A stretch of 61,392 bases of DNA, filler included, from Hausera hauseri (GCA_046269625.1; 7 parts of 7 records of this genome joined end to end with filler, not necessarily neighbours in it); one strand, 5' to 3'; shown: positions 1 to 13,297, numbered from the whole stretch's first letter. The notes: generated from the letters alone by a model not told the origin. Numbers and translations are program-made.

Positions 1-3000
1 CTCCAAAGTGATTTATGTACTCATCTTCTTTAAACCAGTTGTAAATTGAATTTTCTTAATCATCAGTATTTATATTCTTAATTGGAATCCACGTTGTTTT
101 ATTTTGTCTCACTACTAGGAGTCTCGATAACGTATGAGCACTACTTTTCATCACGATATTAGTAATGGTCTGAGTAGGAATAACCAATTGACATCTGAAT
201 TCAATAGTAGTGGAAGTTCTTTCTGGATTCATCTCGATGTTGAGATCCAGAATGTCTAAGAACTTTCTGTAGGAGATGAGTAATTTTTTTCTCCTGCTAG
301 CTTCATATATTGTGCTTATATTAGCTTGTTTCCGATAGATTCCCAATCAGTTATTTGCTTGTGACGGATTCACATTCGTAATGAAGCACTTTTTTCGTCT
401 ATGATTTTGTCCAGAACTATGGGAATAATTAAGCCATGTCCCATAATTGCCAGAAGTAGTCCTTTAACTCGTACCTTGTCTGTCGTGGAGTCTGAGGGTA
501 TGCAGTAAATTTTTCATTAGGTCATTTTTATCGTATCAGTTTGAATGGAGACACTAGTGGAATTCAACATGTCCCATTTACGTTTATTTGTTTTAGAAGG
601 AATCTCATTCTCTTCGTCAAACATAGGTTCTAATATTTCACAATCCATTATTTCAAATTCTTCGGCGGCCATTTCTTTTGCAATTACCGATATGGTTTTT
701 TTACTTTTATTAATGTAGTCTGTGTATTGTATTTCCATTGTAGTCCAGCTAAATATTGTTTATCGCGATTTAAAATGTCTCCGAAGTCTATTATGTTATT
801 GTGAAGATCTGGAGGAATCCATTCATAAGTTTCAGTCAACTTTCTGTGAGCTGCCATCATAAGTTGTAATCATCCTCTGGTGGTACTGGTAAATCTAGTT
901 ATTTTTAAAAAGTCTATCAACTGACTTAACCTTTTAATTCTATTGTCCATAGTATTTTCCACATTTTTAATGGGTCAAAGATTGCGCAGGTCTTGTTTAC
1001 TGGGATGCACAAAGTCTTACAAAATTTGTTGGCCTCCAATGCCACTATTCTATATCCTAGAATATATTTCTCAATTTCATTCTGAACCACTCGAGAATCT
1101 ATGCCATTCTCAAGATATTTTATGTATTATGTTATTTAGGTTGTGAATGGTTCTTCTAGGAGCTATTATCTGGTTGAATATTATTTCAACGTCTCTTTCA
1201 GCAATAATTATATTAATTGGCAGTGGCACTTGCGATCCATTGGATTTGTGTCCGTAAGCGAAAGATACAGCCACATGTCGAGTACTATTTGATTTATTAG
1301 TGTATAAAATGTTTGGTTCTTCTAACATCTCCCTTTCCGTCGGTTTAACTTTGTATCTCAAAGGTAGTAATACTGGAAGTTCCTTTTCGGCTCTGAATAT
1401 TTCAATCATTCCGATATTCAATATTTCCTTGTCTATAAGTCGGGTCCGTGTCTGATCCATTGGGTAATTAATCTGGCAGGATTCCTGACAGGCAATCGTT
1501 TCTATAGAGTTCTTTCTTCCTTTCTGTTTTCTAAATACCACTATAATCTTTCTAATTGCAACATGTATAGTCATTTTTAAGTTATTGGTGGTCCACTGTG
1601 GTAATCTAAGTGTAGTACCGGAATTAAATATCTTGAATGAGAAAATTTCGCGATTCCTTTGTTCTCCGTATTTAAGAGTGTTGGGTATTTTCGTAACCAC
1701 AGCTATCCTTTCCGTTGAACTATCCAGATATTTTAGTATTCTGTCGTAGAATGAGTATGTCATATTTCTTTCGGCCGTGTAGAGTTTTCTTATCGACTTC
1801 TCATCCTTCATATTTATCGGGGTTTCTTCGGGTATCTTAAAAATTTCTTTTCCTCCGAATTTAGGGACTGTATTCATTAGTTGACTGCTTCCGGATTCCG
1901 GAGCCTGAGTATCACAAAAATTTGACATGATTTTCTTTTCGTCATTTTACAGTTGATTATCGTGTATATACTCCTTTAGACCGAGCATGATTGGTCGGCT
2001 AATCAAATTTCTAAAATTCTTAATCATTGTCCACTCATTGGCTAGTAATTTAAGAAGTGTGTAAACTAATATGATTAGTCCAACTGATATGCTTGGTATG
2101 AGTAAGTAAACCATTAAGTTCTCTTTGAGGTAATTACGAAAATCTTTATTAATTATTAGGATAGGCACAATAAGGAATTTAGTACGTGTTCTTTCATTTA
2201 TATGCTTTTCATTACTTGTTATCATGTTTGAAACTGTGTGCTTTCTTTTTCCATTTTGTTCCTCAATTCTACTTAACTGCTAGCAAGGCTGATTTCATCT
2301 AATTATAGAGTAGTGTGATTCGTAATGTATTTTCTTTTTACACCTGGGTTTTCTACCCAATACAGTAATCGTCATAAGAATTATTCCAATGCCTGCTATT
2401 AATACAAATATCCACCAATGCTTTAGAACATATGTCTCGGTAGTTCCAGCCGAAACAGTGGTTAATTTCTATTTTTCGTGGTCATCGTTATATTTTATGT
2501 GACGATATTGATCTATTGCTGGTTGTGTTTTTATGACCACAATTTTTTAGTTATCTGAGGTTTCTATCCTCGCCAAATAATTAGTATCTGGCGTTAGTTT
2601 TTTAAAGAAGTTTCGTTTATTTGTCTCGTATTTGATAATAACTTTTTCATGAGAACCTGTACATGTTATCATAATGTTTCGTTCATTCATTATGTTTTGC
2701 AATATTATCTCAATACGGTCTGTATATGGCATTAGTTTAAATTTGATAGGGAAGTTTTTCATCCATTTTCCATAAAATACATGTTTGTGCAATTTCTGCC
2801 TCTGATCTTGTATTTTAGGCTGAGACTGGTTTTTTGGCTTAAGCTGAACTTGTGATTTATCTCTATCTCCCTTACCCTTATAGGTAGGTGTGGTCCATAA
2901 TGTTGACGATATTGTCCTTTCCACAGATCGTGGTGAGGTTATACATTGCGTAGTAAAAGCCGGAATAAGTATGTTTGGTTTAACTGCAAAAAGGATAGAA

Positions 3001-4746
3001 ATACGGTAAGAATGCACTCTAATAGATTGTCTGTTTTATAGCGTTTTGGTATGCATATAAACGAATTCTGTACCAGACGTATGGATAGAGTGTTCCGCTT
3101 AAGAGAACATTAATGTGGTTGTTTTATGGATGTGGGGATAGGGTCGAGCCATATACTGATTTCGAATCCAATGGGTAATAACTGTGTGGTGCGGAAATTC
3201 ATGCAAGGTGGTTGTCTTGTGAGATCAATACTAGAAATTTCAATATAATGTTTTAGGAATTGAAAGATAAAAGGATTGCGCGAAAATACATCAGAAGTTT
3301 CCAATATGTTCATCACCTGATAGGTGGGAACATGAAGAATCATACTTGGCTTCCAAAGAATTGTATCGATATTATTTGCCTTCAACGTTACATGGTACGT
3401 ATACGTCGAATTGTAATTGACGGAGCAGAAGGTTTTATTACGTGTTTCAAGAATTGTGCAAACGGAAGAGACATTATATTGTGATGTAAAGATGAAGTCA
3501 ACTTTATGGTGCATTATTACTGGCAAGTAGGTTCGAAGACAAATACTGGGTTTATGTGTGTCAATATTGATAATAATGGCGCGTTCAATCAAATCAGTAA
3601 GTGGTATAGCTGTTGTATTAGTGTTTATAGCCGCTGTAGGTATTAAAAGTGCTAGAAAAATGAGGTAAAGGATAGCCAAATATCGGCTTAGAATAAAGAG
3701 GTTAGGGTAATGTTCTAAAGTATTTACCGAGTGAGTTTTGTACATTGCTGCTACTTTGGGCTCTTCTGTTTTTGGTAATTCTAGCTCTGCTTCGCGTATG
3801 AAGTCGTTATATGATGTAGGTTCTTGAGTTACTCGTTGAACAGACACAGCCTCATATTTATGAGGTCTTTTCTGAATAACAAGTGTTTGTGGGCGCACCT
3901 CAACAATTTTGTATGGTCCTTGGCCTGTACGTGTTAACTTTAATGATTTGCCTTTCTTCACCGCTGGGTAGTGAACCATTATGTAATCTCCAATCTTGTA
4001 AGTATGTGGTCGTGTTTTCTTGTTAAATTGCTTTTTATATCCGGCTCTGTACTTTCCTTCAAACTGCTTTGCTTCGCGTTGAAAGTATTCGAGTCGTTTT
4101 AGCAAGATCTGGTATTGGTCATCCATGTAATCACTATTTAATAAGGATGATGGTAGTAATTCCGTATCTAACGGTAGTAAAGGTAATCGTCCGAACATTA
4201 ACTCAAAAGGTGAGTGATTGGTGCTTTTAGTAGGCGTAGTATTAATTGCAAAAGCCATAGTTTTCAAATGGTTATGTCAAGCTTTTTTATCATTTGCTAC
4301 TTTTGTAGAGAGGATGCCTTGGATGGTACGGTTCATTCTTTCGACCATGCCATTACATTGGGGATGGTATGGTGTCGTTAGCAAATGTTTGCACTGGAAT
4401 ATTTTTGACAATTTTTCGAAGAATTCGTTAATAAAATATGGTGCACGGTCAGTTAACAGCTGTTTCGGGGTGCCCAGTACAGCAATAATTTTGTAGAAAA
4501 AGGTTTCAGCAACTGTGCTACTCGTCTTGTTTTTTAATGGTACCAATAAAACGTAGCGAGAAAAGTAGTCAACAAGTGACAGTATGTATTTGTATCCTGA
4601 GTCTGAAGCTGGAAGGGGTTCAGAAATATCCACTGAACACACGTCCATTGGCTTCCGTGCTTCTGGTATGCTTCCTAAAAACGGTTTAACACGAACGTAC
4701 CCATCCTTTAATATGCTTATTCATTTGAGGCCAATAATATTTTGCG
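1..4746 (-). mobile_element. Decayed 3' part of a divergent relative of the giant Gypsy element (IN, post-IN membrane protein, dead exonuclease)
   Basis: Fragmented ORFs. IN core 4277-4648 (VDISEP..LTDRAPYF..TTPYHPQCNGMVER). IN C-terminus 'HYPAVKKGKSLKLTRTGQGPY' nearly matches copy 1 'HYPVAKPGKSLKLTRTGKGPY'. It is followed by the signal-like 'LAILYLIFLALLIPTAA', the FN3-like 'KLTPDTNY' (2547-3017), TM segments (~2360-2420, 2050-2120) and 'RHVAVSFAYG..PLPINIII' (1110-1928). Stops and frameshifts throughout. Confidence 0.88.
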
Positions 4747-4846
4747 NNNNNNNNNNNNNNNNNNNNNNNNNNNNNNNNNNNNNNNNNNNNTTAATTAATT
4801 AANNNNNNNNNNNNNNNNNNNNNNNNNNNNNNNNNNNNNNNNNNNN
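4747..4846. other. Artificial contig spacer (N44-TTAATTAATTAA-N44); also at 12350-12449, 33661-33760, 42187-42286, 48079-48178, 55562-55661
   Basis: Identical 100-nt blocks carrying a six-frame-stop palindrome. Confidence 0.98.
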
Positions 4847-5224
4847 AGACTTATTACTTTGTAAAAATATTTTTACCGAAACGGTGTCTGTGTCAAACAT
4901 TTTAAGTAGTAGTGTTGTCTTCAAAGCATCTGGAAATTTTGTAAATTTTTTGATCGAATTAATAAGTCATGATGAGTATTTTCTTACACATGTTGTCGAA
5001 TTACATCCAATTGAAGAGATACGAAATTTCCAGCAGCTCGAGCTCTTGCTGACATATTTTAAGAGCCAAATAGAAAAGGAAACAGTTCCGATTAAAATCA
5101 TTCAAGAGTCTGCAATTCATACAGCAGTATTTTTTAGTGAGGGTTGTCGACCCCTAATATGTCAGTGCCACCGTGGTGCGGTTCCATTCCCGGTTCCTTG
5201 TCCCAGGGTCGTATGTGAGGATGT

Positions 5225-8200
5225 GTGGCGCTGGGGCCACCACATTATGTAGCTGGTACCCAAGTACACACTTTCATTTCCTTCGTCTACCAAAATAAAC
5301 ATCTATATAAATATTACACCTACGCATACACAACACCACAACACCTCTATTCATTCATCACAAAACATCTATCTTTTAGAAACTTCTACATCCATATCAA
5401 CGGTTTCCTTCTTCATTCAACAGACGATTCACCTATTCCCATGCCTTTTCGATCTGTCTCCCACATTATTCGCATTACACCCAGACATTTTGGTGGCTCT
5501 GATATTAATTCCAACACTTCCGAAACGAAAAAGACACACACAATTCCAGTCGTCCATCTTACCAAATCCACTACCAACACTACGTTCCAATGCGTAGATT
5601 TCTTCCTTGACAATCAAACCTCACCTCGTACTTGGTTAGATTTTCACGCCCGGTGGCTCAATGCACACAAACTCACTGACCCGTTTCTCAAAGCCAATAG
5701 CTTGCTCGTCTATTTGCCTTCCTCTTTAAAGTCGCTACATGCAAACCTATCTGAAATTTTCACGGAAGCTGACCCCTACAACTCCCTCTACTCTGCAATA
5801 CTCAAACTTACTGAACCTTCTATAGACCTAATAATCCAAAAATACTTCAATGACAACACCTTGGAAAATACCAAACCATCAGACTTTCTTCGAACTTCTT
5901 GATCTTAACTGAGCACGCTAGGCGTAACACAATCAACCAATTCCGATCTCTTAAGACGCTATTTTCTGCAATCATTGACCAAGGAAATTCGAGCCCTTCT
6001 AACAGTCGTTGAGGACAGTGAGTCAATGGAAAAATTGGCACAGTTGGCTGACAAAAGCTTTAATATATTACACAGTCAAAATCAACCCACAATTGCAGCA
6101 GCACTGATGACACCAACAATACAAAATTAAAACACAATAACAAACATTGATAATCAACATCAATCATTGAACATAGAGAATGTCGCACTACGACACGCAA
6201 TTACAGCCATAACGGATAAGCTCAGTCAAATGACAGTGCCACGCAAATATTTTCTGGGAATCAACAGCTCCCCACAAGATCGAGTTGTCCTTCGCGCAAC
6301 AGTTCTTCTGTGCGCGGTTCGACCTGTTTTTTTTCACTCCAAATATAAGCAGAACGTAAATATATGCTGCACAGGATGCAGATTTTACAATCAAAGCTTG
6401 ATATCAAATGACGCCGTCTGCATTTATCACAATAAATTTCGCGACAATGCTCGCAAGTGCATACAAGGCGGTAAATTTTACAATTCTTCGGCACAGTCAC
6501 ACTCAACAACGCCTTCAAAAAACTAACCACGCCACCAGAAGTAACGGCAACTTCTGGTTAAAGCTCAAACGCTTCATTAAACAGCCGTAATGCATTCTTT
6601 GCTGTCTTCACACTGCAAGCTACCATTACGTCTAAAAATTCTTCCATCTCTTTATTCATTGATACTGGAGCAGCAGTCTCACTTCTTCCTCTTTCTTATT
6701 AATCGCAAAAATCTTCTTCAATCAGTAAACCATTATTTACAGCCAATGATGAACCGTTGCGCACCATTGGCACAGCAAATCTTTCCTTTTCCCTATCAGG
6801 TTTCTCTGAACCTTTTTTTGGAAATTCACTATAGCCAATATGCAATGTCCAATCCTTGGATCAGACTTTCTTTCACATTACAATTTACTGGTCGATTGTA
6901 GACAGCGTCGTTTGATGGGAAACCCTTCCTCCAAAATTTTATCAGTTTCATCGGTTTTACATTCAATTCCACCAGCGTGCGATTCATTTGTAAGACCGAA
7001 TATCAAATCAATTGTAAAAAATAAAAATTTTGTAAATAATCTTGTACATTATGATACCTCAAATACCTATATTTCGAGCGTTGAGAGTAATGAGTCTTCC
7101 TCTTCCCGAATCATCATCTCAAAAACCACCGTACCCAATGATCAAGTGTTCACGTCATCATCATCCTTCATCCAACTCTCATCCGATTTTCAAGCATTTA
7201 TCATTACGTAATGCCAAAGAACTCCCAAAAGGATCCATTCTTTAAGCCTTGCTCCAACATATTTCACCATATTCTTACCTCTCATCAACGTCCAATTCGG
7301 CAGAAAGTGCGACCTCTTTTACCACGTCGCAGAAAAGCCATTGCTGAAGAATTTCAGACTTTAGAGAACGCTAGCATCATTAGACGTTCCAAATCACCAT
7401 GGGCATCATCATTACACGTCGTACCTAAGAAGGACGGCACCTTCAGACCTTGTGGTGACTATTGCCAAATTAACACCATTACAATCATGGAAGTATATCC
7501 ATTGCTTTTAATCAACGACATCTTGCACACACTGCATGGTAAAACAATATTTTGTCCATCGATCTCCATAAGGCAAATCACCAAATTCCTGTCACCAACG
7601 CTGACATACCGAAAACGACTGTAATAACACCATTCGTTCTTTTCGAGTATGCCTACGCATAATTTTCCAATGTTTGTACCAGAACAACCTTAAAGTAAAC
7701 TTTGCGAAATGCTGTTTTTTCAACATAAAACCAACTTTTTTGGACACGTTATCACCCAATCTGGCCATTCTCCCCAGCGAAATCGCATCACTCAACTCAA
7801 AAATGTCCATCTACCACGCACATCAACAGAAATGCGCCCCTTCCTAGGAACACTTCACTTCGTGCAAAAGTATGTGCCTCACTGCTCAACACTCACGGCA
7901 CCATTCGACGCACTCATCGCCGGTAAGAAGAAACAGCTTATTCACTGGACTGCTGATCCACATTCGGAACTTTTCTTAACAACTGACGCCTCCACCACAG
8001 CAGCAGGTGCAGTACTGCATTAACTGAAGAACGGTTCCTATGAACCCCTTGAATTTGTCTCATAAAAATTCTCGAAAGTCGAACAACGCTACTCGACGTA
8101 CGACAGGGAACGCCTCGCAATGGTCATAGCATTAAAGCATTTCAAACATATAATTTCATAAACATTCATCATTCAAACGGACCACAAGCCTCTCCTTTAT

Positions 8201-9340
8201 ATTCTCACTAGGAAATCTCCATCTCCACGTCAAGACAGACAGATTTCATATCTCTCAACGTTCGCGTTCGAAATAAAACAAATTTCAGGGGTTGACAAAT
8301 TAGTGGCTGATTTTTTGTCGCACTCCGTCGACTCTATCACGTTTGCACCCACTTTTGATAGTGAGTTACTCCTACGGAACCTACCAGACGAGTCTATTCT
8401 CTCCGCCTTAAAATATTACAAAATCATTGATGGCTCAGCTTTGGACACCTCTAATCCTGGGTTTACTAAAATTATTCTATCACCTTCTTTGCAAAAAACC
8501 GCTTTCACCATTATCCATTCTTTGCGTCATCTATAATCCAAAGCTACTTATCGCTTTATTAAACGCCAAGTGATGTGGCCATCAATGAGAACAGATGTGC
8601 AGGACTGGGTTAGGGAGCATGTGGCATGCCAGAAGTTTAAAGTAGCCAAACACCTCAATCCGCCACTCTATCATTTTCCCTGCACATCACGTTTCGACAC
8701 CATTTACATCGACATAGTCGGACCTCTTCCACCTGACAACGGCCATCAATTCATTCTCACAATGATGGATTGTGCTTCTAGATGGCCAAAAGCCATTCCA
8801 CTTCGCTCAACCAACACTGAGACTATTGCAGATGTTTTTATACGCACATGACTCAGCAGATTCGGCTCACCTAAGCACATAATCACTGATCAAGGCTCTC
8901 AATTTGAGTCGAATCTTTTCACATCATTAGTAAATCGACTGGGGATCAAGCATATTCACACAACACCTTATCATCCTCAGTCAAATGGGCTACCGAAGCG
9001 ATTATATCGTACTATAAAAATCTCCCTTAAAATTCTAGCCGACTCCAATCAACACTGGGTAAACCTTCTTCATTAAGTTCTACTGGGATGGCGGAACACC
9101 CCATCCACAACCACAGGCTTCTCTCTGTCCAAGGCACTCTTTGGTACACCAATGCTTGCACTGTTCGAGTTGACGGAGTGCGATGAAACACCCACTGACG
9201 AAACAATCCGAGCAGTGCAGGAGTACTTTGTTGCGCTGAATAACGATTCTTTCTGCAGAATACTAAATCACAACAAGGCATACATTCCCGACACTCTATA
9301 TACAGCCAAATTTGTCTGGCTGAAGAATCCAGTGTCGCAT
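5225..9340 (+). mobile_element. Decayed CsRn1/Kabuki-like Ty3/Gypsy LTR retrotransposon (UBL-gag, PR, RT, RH, IN), pseudogenised
   Basis: Gag fragments with CHCC-type knuckles (CIYHNKFRDNARKC), an AAAAAAC slippery site at the gag end (6517-6523), PR 'IDTGA' (~6658-6672), RT 'KSPWASSLHVVPKKDGTFRPCGDY', RH 'LTTDAS', IN 'IDIVGPLP' and 'TTPYHPQSNG'. Many stops and frameshifts, and the RT core appears deleted. Confidence 0.9.
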
Positions 9341-10589
9341 GGGTTCCAATGTGGTGCTCACAGCGGCCGATGCCCTCTAGCCCATTTGGTTGGACACGGC
9401 CGGGCGTCCGTCGCCGCCGCGTCGGACCCATAGTCGGGCCCGATCTTCCGCCTCGAAAGAGTTTCATACATATAATACATCTTACTAAATCCACCAGTGT
9501 ACTGCAAATGTGATGATTATGATCTAATGAATCTCTTTATGACTAGTGTTGTAAATTGGAAAAATCAGTTTTGAATTTTGTAGTCAAATTGAAAACGTTG
9601 CTGTTAATGGAACATGCGGTATGTTGTTGTTCAGTATTAAGAAATCACTTGATAAATTGACAGGTTTGCGATGTATGAGACCAAGAGTCTACTTTTAGCA
9701 CGCTACGTCCAATTGGGATTACTCGACGAGTTTGTTCGGAAGAACAAAGATTCCATTGAAAGTCTTTCATTAGTTGATCTTTCCAAAGGACCATTACCAG
9801 ACTTGGCAATTGTTTATTTTGTTAATCTGACAGTAACGGGTCTGAGTTTTGGGTGTGATTCTTACCATGAAAGACATTCTTTAAATGCCAGATTTTCTTT
9901 CATGCCTTATTTTGCAGGTCAAGACAAGAAATGTTCCATTTGTAATAAAAATTAATATGCAATGTCTCGGTGGAACAAACGAAAATTTTCTGATAAAAAT
10001 GATTTCCATGCAAACAAATTGTCATTTGGAAAATTAAAATCAACAAAATCAAATTAATAGTTTCAGCAAAATTGAAATTTCGGCCGATGTGGGTGCATCA
10101 GTGTCTTCGGTTTCCGGTGGTCGTGTTGATGGTGTTTGTGTGGCGGGTGGTTTCCTTTCAAAGGAGCATGTAACTCATCCACACACTGACACTAAGTTTC
10201 TAGGTCATAATGATAATAAAAGATACAATGGTTTGCTGAATGTAGTACGAAAGAGACGTCCAATGGGTTAATCAAGACACGCCGTAACATCTCTCGAAAC
10301 ACAATATTTAAGAACTTGAATAACAACAATGATTTTTTAGCTGACGAGTATAAAAGCAATAAATACCTTAAATTCGATAATTTCGATAACCCTAATCTGA
10401 AATATTTCAGTAATTTCAAGGATTTATTAGTAATCGTAAGAAACAACTTTTCTGTATAGTGAAACAAGAATCGCACAGTTATTACTACAATGAAATCGAT
10501 AACGGTACAAAAAAGTGATTGTTTCAGTATCAAATTGTCTTTACCAAATACTGCCCGTTCGCCCGTCGATTTACCAACTGGCCCAATGA

Positions 10590-10920
10590 CGCCTCATATC
10601 TGCAATGTTTATAAAAAGCAATTCTTTAAACGAGCATTCTTACAGAAGCACAAAATTGTCCACAAGGCACCTCGGCATCGTTGCGTTATTTGCAAAAAAG
10701 GCATTCGTTCGAGGCCACCAATTGAAGCGACATATTTTTAGTACTCATTCTTGACAGCGTCCTCACATGGATGATATTTGTACAAAGGCATTGACACGAA
10801 AGAACAAATTGAAAGAACATCCACGACAAGATTCAACAACCAGTGACAGTTTTCAATGTCGACAATGTCGAATACCTTTTGTACTAGAGTCCGATTTAAA
10901 TCGGTATTTTCGAACTGTTA
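10590..10920 (+). pseudogene. Degenerate C2H2 zinc-finger array (about 4 fingers)
   Basis: HICNVYKKQF..LQKHKIVH, RCVICKK, a frameshifted finger, FQCRQCRIPF..DLNRY. Several Zn ligands are lost. Confidence 0.65.
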
Positions 10921-11934
10921 ATGATGTGTTTATTCACAGTCTGTCGAAGCAGAATGGGTTGGATGAGTTTGACGTCAACTTAACATGCAAATCGATGTCT
11001 GAATTACAACCAAATGCGAAGTCTAAACCTGTAAATTCACTATCCATCGGTCGTTGGATGGAGTCATGATTTACAAGATTCGAACGTGTTTCTTGATTTG
11101 TCGAATTTAATTTTCAAACCAGTCTTTGCACTTTAGTCCACGTTTCCAGTTAAAGTATGAGTGAATAGTCCAGTCTCGTCTTTTCCTAATGTTAATACGA
11201 TGGCCCTAGCTAACTGTGACAAAATAAAAAGAATTCAACTCTTCATCGGAGGAAGACCTATCTGATTCAGCAGGACTGACTGACACTTCTATACGTGTAC
11301 ATGTATATGTCTACATAGTTCTTTTTTTTAGTCATGGGTTTTAAAAAAATTTTTTTGACAGTTGTTTAAAGAAGGTAAAAAAATAAAAGAAGGATAACTG
11401 TGCCGATAGCGTTTTTTTTATTTAAAAACTATTTCTGCCATATTGTTCTTAAATTCGCTTCGATTTCAATTTCTTCAACGATTTGAAGTAGTTTATGTCA
11501 AAGCAATGGTAAATATAGTCCAGTTTGTTATTTTTGATGGACTTAACATTACTGTTTTAATCGAAATTCCTCATCACTTAATCGATTGTCTCGGATGTCC
11601 TGTTGGTGTCGCGGATACTGCTAAAGAAAATTTTGACGGTTTAAAACAGTTGTTTAGATCATCACAAATTCCAGATGAATTGCCTTCAAAGAAACTGTTT
11701 AGTGATCTAGATGTTAAGATCGTGAACGAACGAAAGGTTCAGATAGAAGAGTCCACGAAAAACGTTTTATCCTTTCCTATTACTTCCAAATCGGTCCCAA
11801 TTGCAGCTTCTTTACAACAGAGTCATTCTGCGATGGCTCATTACTCCTAACGCGATCTACCGCATGCTTCACTGGATTTTCACTCCAAAGCTAACCGGCA
11901 TATTGGTGGAATTGTTCCAGAATCGCGTCGTTGC

Positions 11935-12192
11935 GTGAAGAAATGTATCAATATCCATCCTCAGTACGTTGGGCCCTTCAACTTAATTCGTCTGAACTCA
12001 CATACTGCTATAATCCTCAAGAACGGAAATGAATGCTCGGTGCACATCACTAACATCAAATCAGCATTCTTTATCGATGGCGACCCTGATTATTCTGTTC
12101 CGCTTCGCAGCAATTCCTTTCTTGATGTTTTCACCAAACCTTCTAATCCACCTCACAACAAACCTCTGACTTTTCGTCTCAGCCTTCGCTAA
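11935..12192 (+). mobile_element. Gypsy integrase C-terminal (GPF/Y) fragment
   Basis: 'HPQYVGPFNLIRLNSHTAIILKNGNECSVHITNIKSAF' is a typical GPF + VH.s.lK module. Confidence 0.7.
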
Positions 12193-12556
12193 GCCTTCAA
12201 TCCCGTCTTGATACTTCTTCTCAACCTTCGTCAAACTCACAGTGTTCTAATTCTTCTTCATTTCACAATGACAGATCACTTCATGCCTTTCCTCAATCTT
12301 CCTCAGACCTTCAATCTTACAAACCTACTTTACCTTCCTCCACTTAGTCNNNNNNNNNNNNNNNNNNNNNNNNNNNNNNNNNNNNNNNNNNNNTTAATTA
12401 ATTAANNNNNNNNNNNNNNNNNNNNNNNNNNNNNNNNNNNNNNNNNNNNCCAAGCATTTGAAAACATCCTGGAATAAGAAGAGAAACCTTAAAGTTGAGG
12501 TTTGGGAACTAAACTCTGGGGTTTGATTGATGCTGCGGGCATGTGTGCGTGGGTAC

Positions 12557-12875
12557 CTGGAGGGCGGCAGGATGTGTCGGTGCTGGGCCTCGAGGATCTG
12601 TTGCTGGAGGAGGTATTGCTGGTGTAATGCCTGAGGTAGGAAGGGCGGGCCGGGGATGTCCTGGAATTGCGGAGCAGGCAGCGGGTTGAGAGGTGGGTGG
12701 AGCGGAGGACCGTGCTGGTGGCCCGGAGGGGCCAGGTGGGGGTTCATGCCTGACTGCGGCTGCCCTGGATGGGGCATTGGGAAGTCCATGGGCAGCGGGG
12801 CCTGAGGACCTAACTGGAAGTGCCGGCAAGAGGTAGCATGGCTGTGCTGCTGCTGTTGCCGGTTAAACTGGGACC
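12557..12875 (-). CDS. RNF165: Internal coding exon of vertebrate (teleost-like) RNF165/ARK2C (Arkadia-like E3 ligase)
   Basis: Translation HSHATSCRHFQLGPQ...GPPFLPQALHQQYLLQQQILEAQHRH matches the remembered RNF165 N-terminus (HPHATSCRHFHLGPP...GPSFLPQALHQQYLLQQQLLEAQHRR). Flanked by acceptor ttctcctccacag and donor GTACCC. 319 nt, phase-consistent, much higher GC than the rest of the window. Confidence 0.85.
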
Positions 12876-13297
12876 CTGTGGAGGAGAAGCACAAGTCGTC
12901 AGGGGTCTGTTGTGGGGGGTGAAACAAGCTGGAATAAATTGTGGGTGAAATGTGGTGTCACTGTGTGTGTGACATAGCATGTTAATGAAAGCCCTGCCTC
13001 TTACCTAGGGTGAAAAATACTTCTGTGGGGGTGGAAAATGATGGTTACCACAAGTACCATGAAAATGACAACCACCTTTGGGTCCTTCACACAAAACGTG
13101 AGCTTTTCCTTTCTTTATCTGTACTTTCGACACCTGGATCGACTCCTTTTCTTCTGATCCAGAGGAACAGATGAACTTGACCAGCGTACGAATAACGCAG
13201 CTCAGTGCTCTCAGTCATAAAACATTATTTTTTTCTTTGCACATCATAAATTTAACTATTTCTTTTCTAATTTATCACTACAAAATGAATACGTGAA

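Noticed and set aside
4747-4846. TTAATTAATTAA palindromes recurring through the window, and ORFs ending in 'LIN'
   Set aside because: Artificial contig linkers; adjacency across them carries no biological meaning
5145-5243. Short GC-rich TGT...CACA segment as the 5' LTR of the contig-2 element
   Set aside because: No matching second copy or clear PBS found in the contig
12394-12927. 177-aa proline-rich ORF as a complete gene
   Set aside because: Only the 319-nt central exon is coding; the rest is intron read-through
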